A stretch of DNA of 64,000 bases from Stylophora pistillata (taxonomy: Eukaryota). Under the pieces are notes generated by a model that was given only the letters and a program-made list of their open reading frames with translations, did no database searches and was not told where the DNA came from. Positions 63,301 to 64,000 of this stretch are shown piece after piece (the first letter of the stretch is position 1; each line of letters begins with the position of its first letter). The translations under genes and the position numbers were made by a program. The stretch covers positions 306,804-370,803 of the forward strand of contig NW_019217984.1 of assembly GCF_002571385.2 (NCBI RefSeq), given 5' to 3'.

Positions 63301-63640
63301 TGATGAATATTTATGAGAAATGCAGAAATAAAACAATTTACGTACCTTGAAGGGATGCCAGTGATGCGTGACTTGACAACGCAAACTTGCATTAATGAAC
63401 GTCACGTACCAGTACACGCGTAAAAATTCCTCTTCGTTTTCGCGAGTTTCTTCGGAGGAAATATGTACTCCTCATCGATTTCCGTTTCTTGCACGTCATT
63501 GTCAGACAACATACAAAGCGTTTATTCTTTATCTAAAATATTTTAAATTATTTACCAGCAAGGATGCTTTTAGTTGCCGGCGACGGAGCCGTTCGCAGGC
63601 GGCGAAAATCGCCGGTCGCCGGCCGAAAAGGAAAACCCTG
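58935..63640 (-). mobile_element. Complete hAT DNA transposon (hAT5-like)
   Basis: Perfect 16-bp TIR CAGGGTTTTCCTTTTC; 5-bp TSD TATTG (58930-58934, 63641-63645). Confidence 0.9.
59334..62546 (-). CDS. hAT transposase (ZNF862-like), ~877 aa. Exons: 62546-62474, 62383-60499, 60339-60204, 60050-59905, 59808-59703, 59621-59334
   Basis: Open frame across the splices (first intron GC-AG); YCILC..H..H zinc finger, LLIDDLTD, CTDGASVM, HCVCH, KTRW, NAWPERGAS, KTRLRS dimerisation motif. Confidence 0.85.
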
Positions 63641-64000
63641 TATTGCCTGGTGGAGCAGAGATTGATGTGGCTACGGATGAGGAAATTCCGAACAAAGCTA
63701 CTTCTTGACTAGTATTCGTTTGGCGTGAAGTCATGACTTCGGAAGAGAAGCAAAAAGGCACTGAACTATGGCAAGCAAAAGTGAACTAGAACGTAGCTGG
63801 AACACAATACAAATGCCCCTGCAACAAACCCAGTAAATGTGAACCCCCTGTGCATGGCTGCCCACGGACCACTGCTGACTGCATTGGCTCAAGTTTAACT
63901 TTGCCTAAATTACATTCAGCCACATAAATATTGTTGAGCTTTATATATGCTGCAGACATCAACATGATTGACAGTGTTTGCTGTTTGATATGTGTTCGAT

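Overview
AT-rich, intron-containing animal DNA. The repeat content suggests a cnidarian or stony coral (inference). There are three N gaps (24289-25217, 27220-27230, 32840-33569). Left part: two decayed TRIM-NHL (RING/B-box/coiled-coil/filamin/NHL) copies, one split by a LINE. A decayed 5' fragment of CRNKL1 (- strand) lies head-to-head with an 11-exon MOCS1A (MoaA-type GTP 3',8-cyclase) gene (+ strand, 12473-21623). The MOCS1A frame and splice sites are intact except for one in-frame TGA (20487-20489), exactly at the second Cys of the C-terminal CX2CX13C [4Fe-4S] motif. This is the top finding: possible selenocysteine/recoding versus a recent nonsense allele or sequencing error. I found no canonical SECIS by eye and no MOCS1B/MoaC domain follows. 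Right part: a tRNA-His gene with an inverted, disrupted twin, then nested transposons. These include a long-TIR foldback-like element with minisatellite arms and CXC cargo, several piggyBac relics (one nested with a CTAT TSD), an intact SAP-domain piggyBac transposase ORF, and a complete hAT element with 5-bp TSD and an intact 6-exon transposase inserted into a DIRS relic. The 2.9-kb tandem duplication joined at the N at 57504 is probably an assembly artefact.
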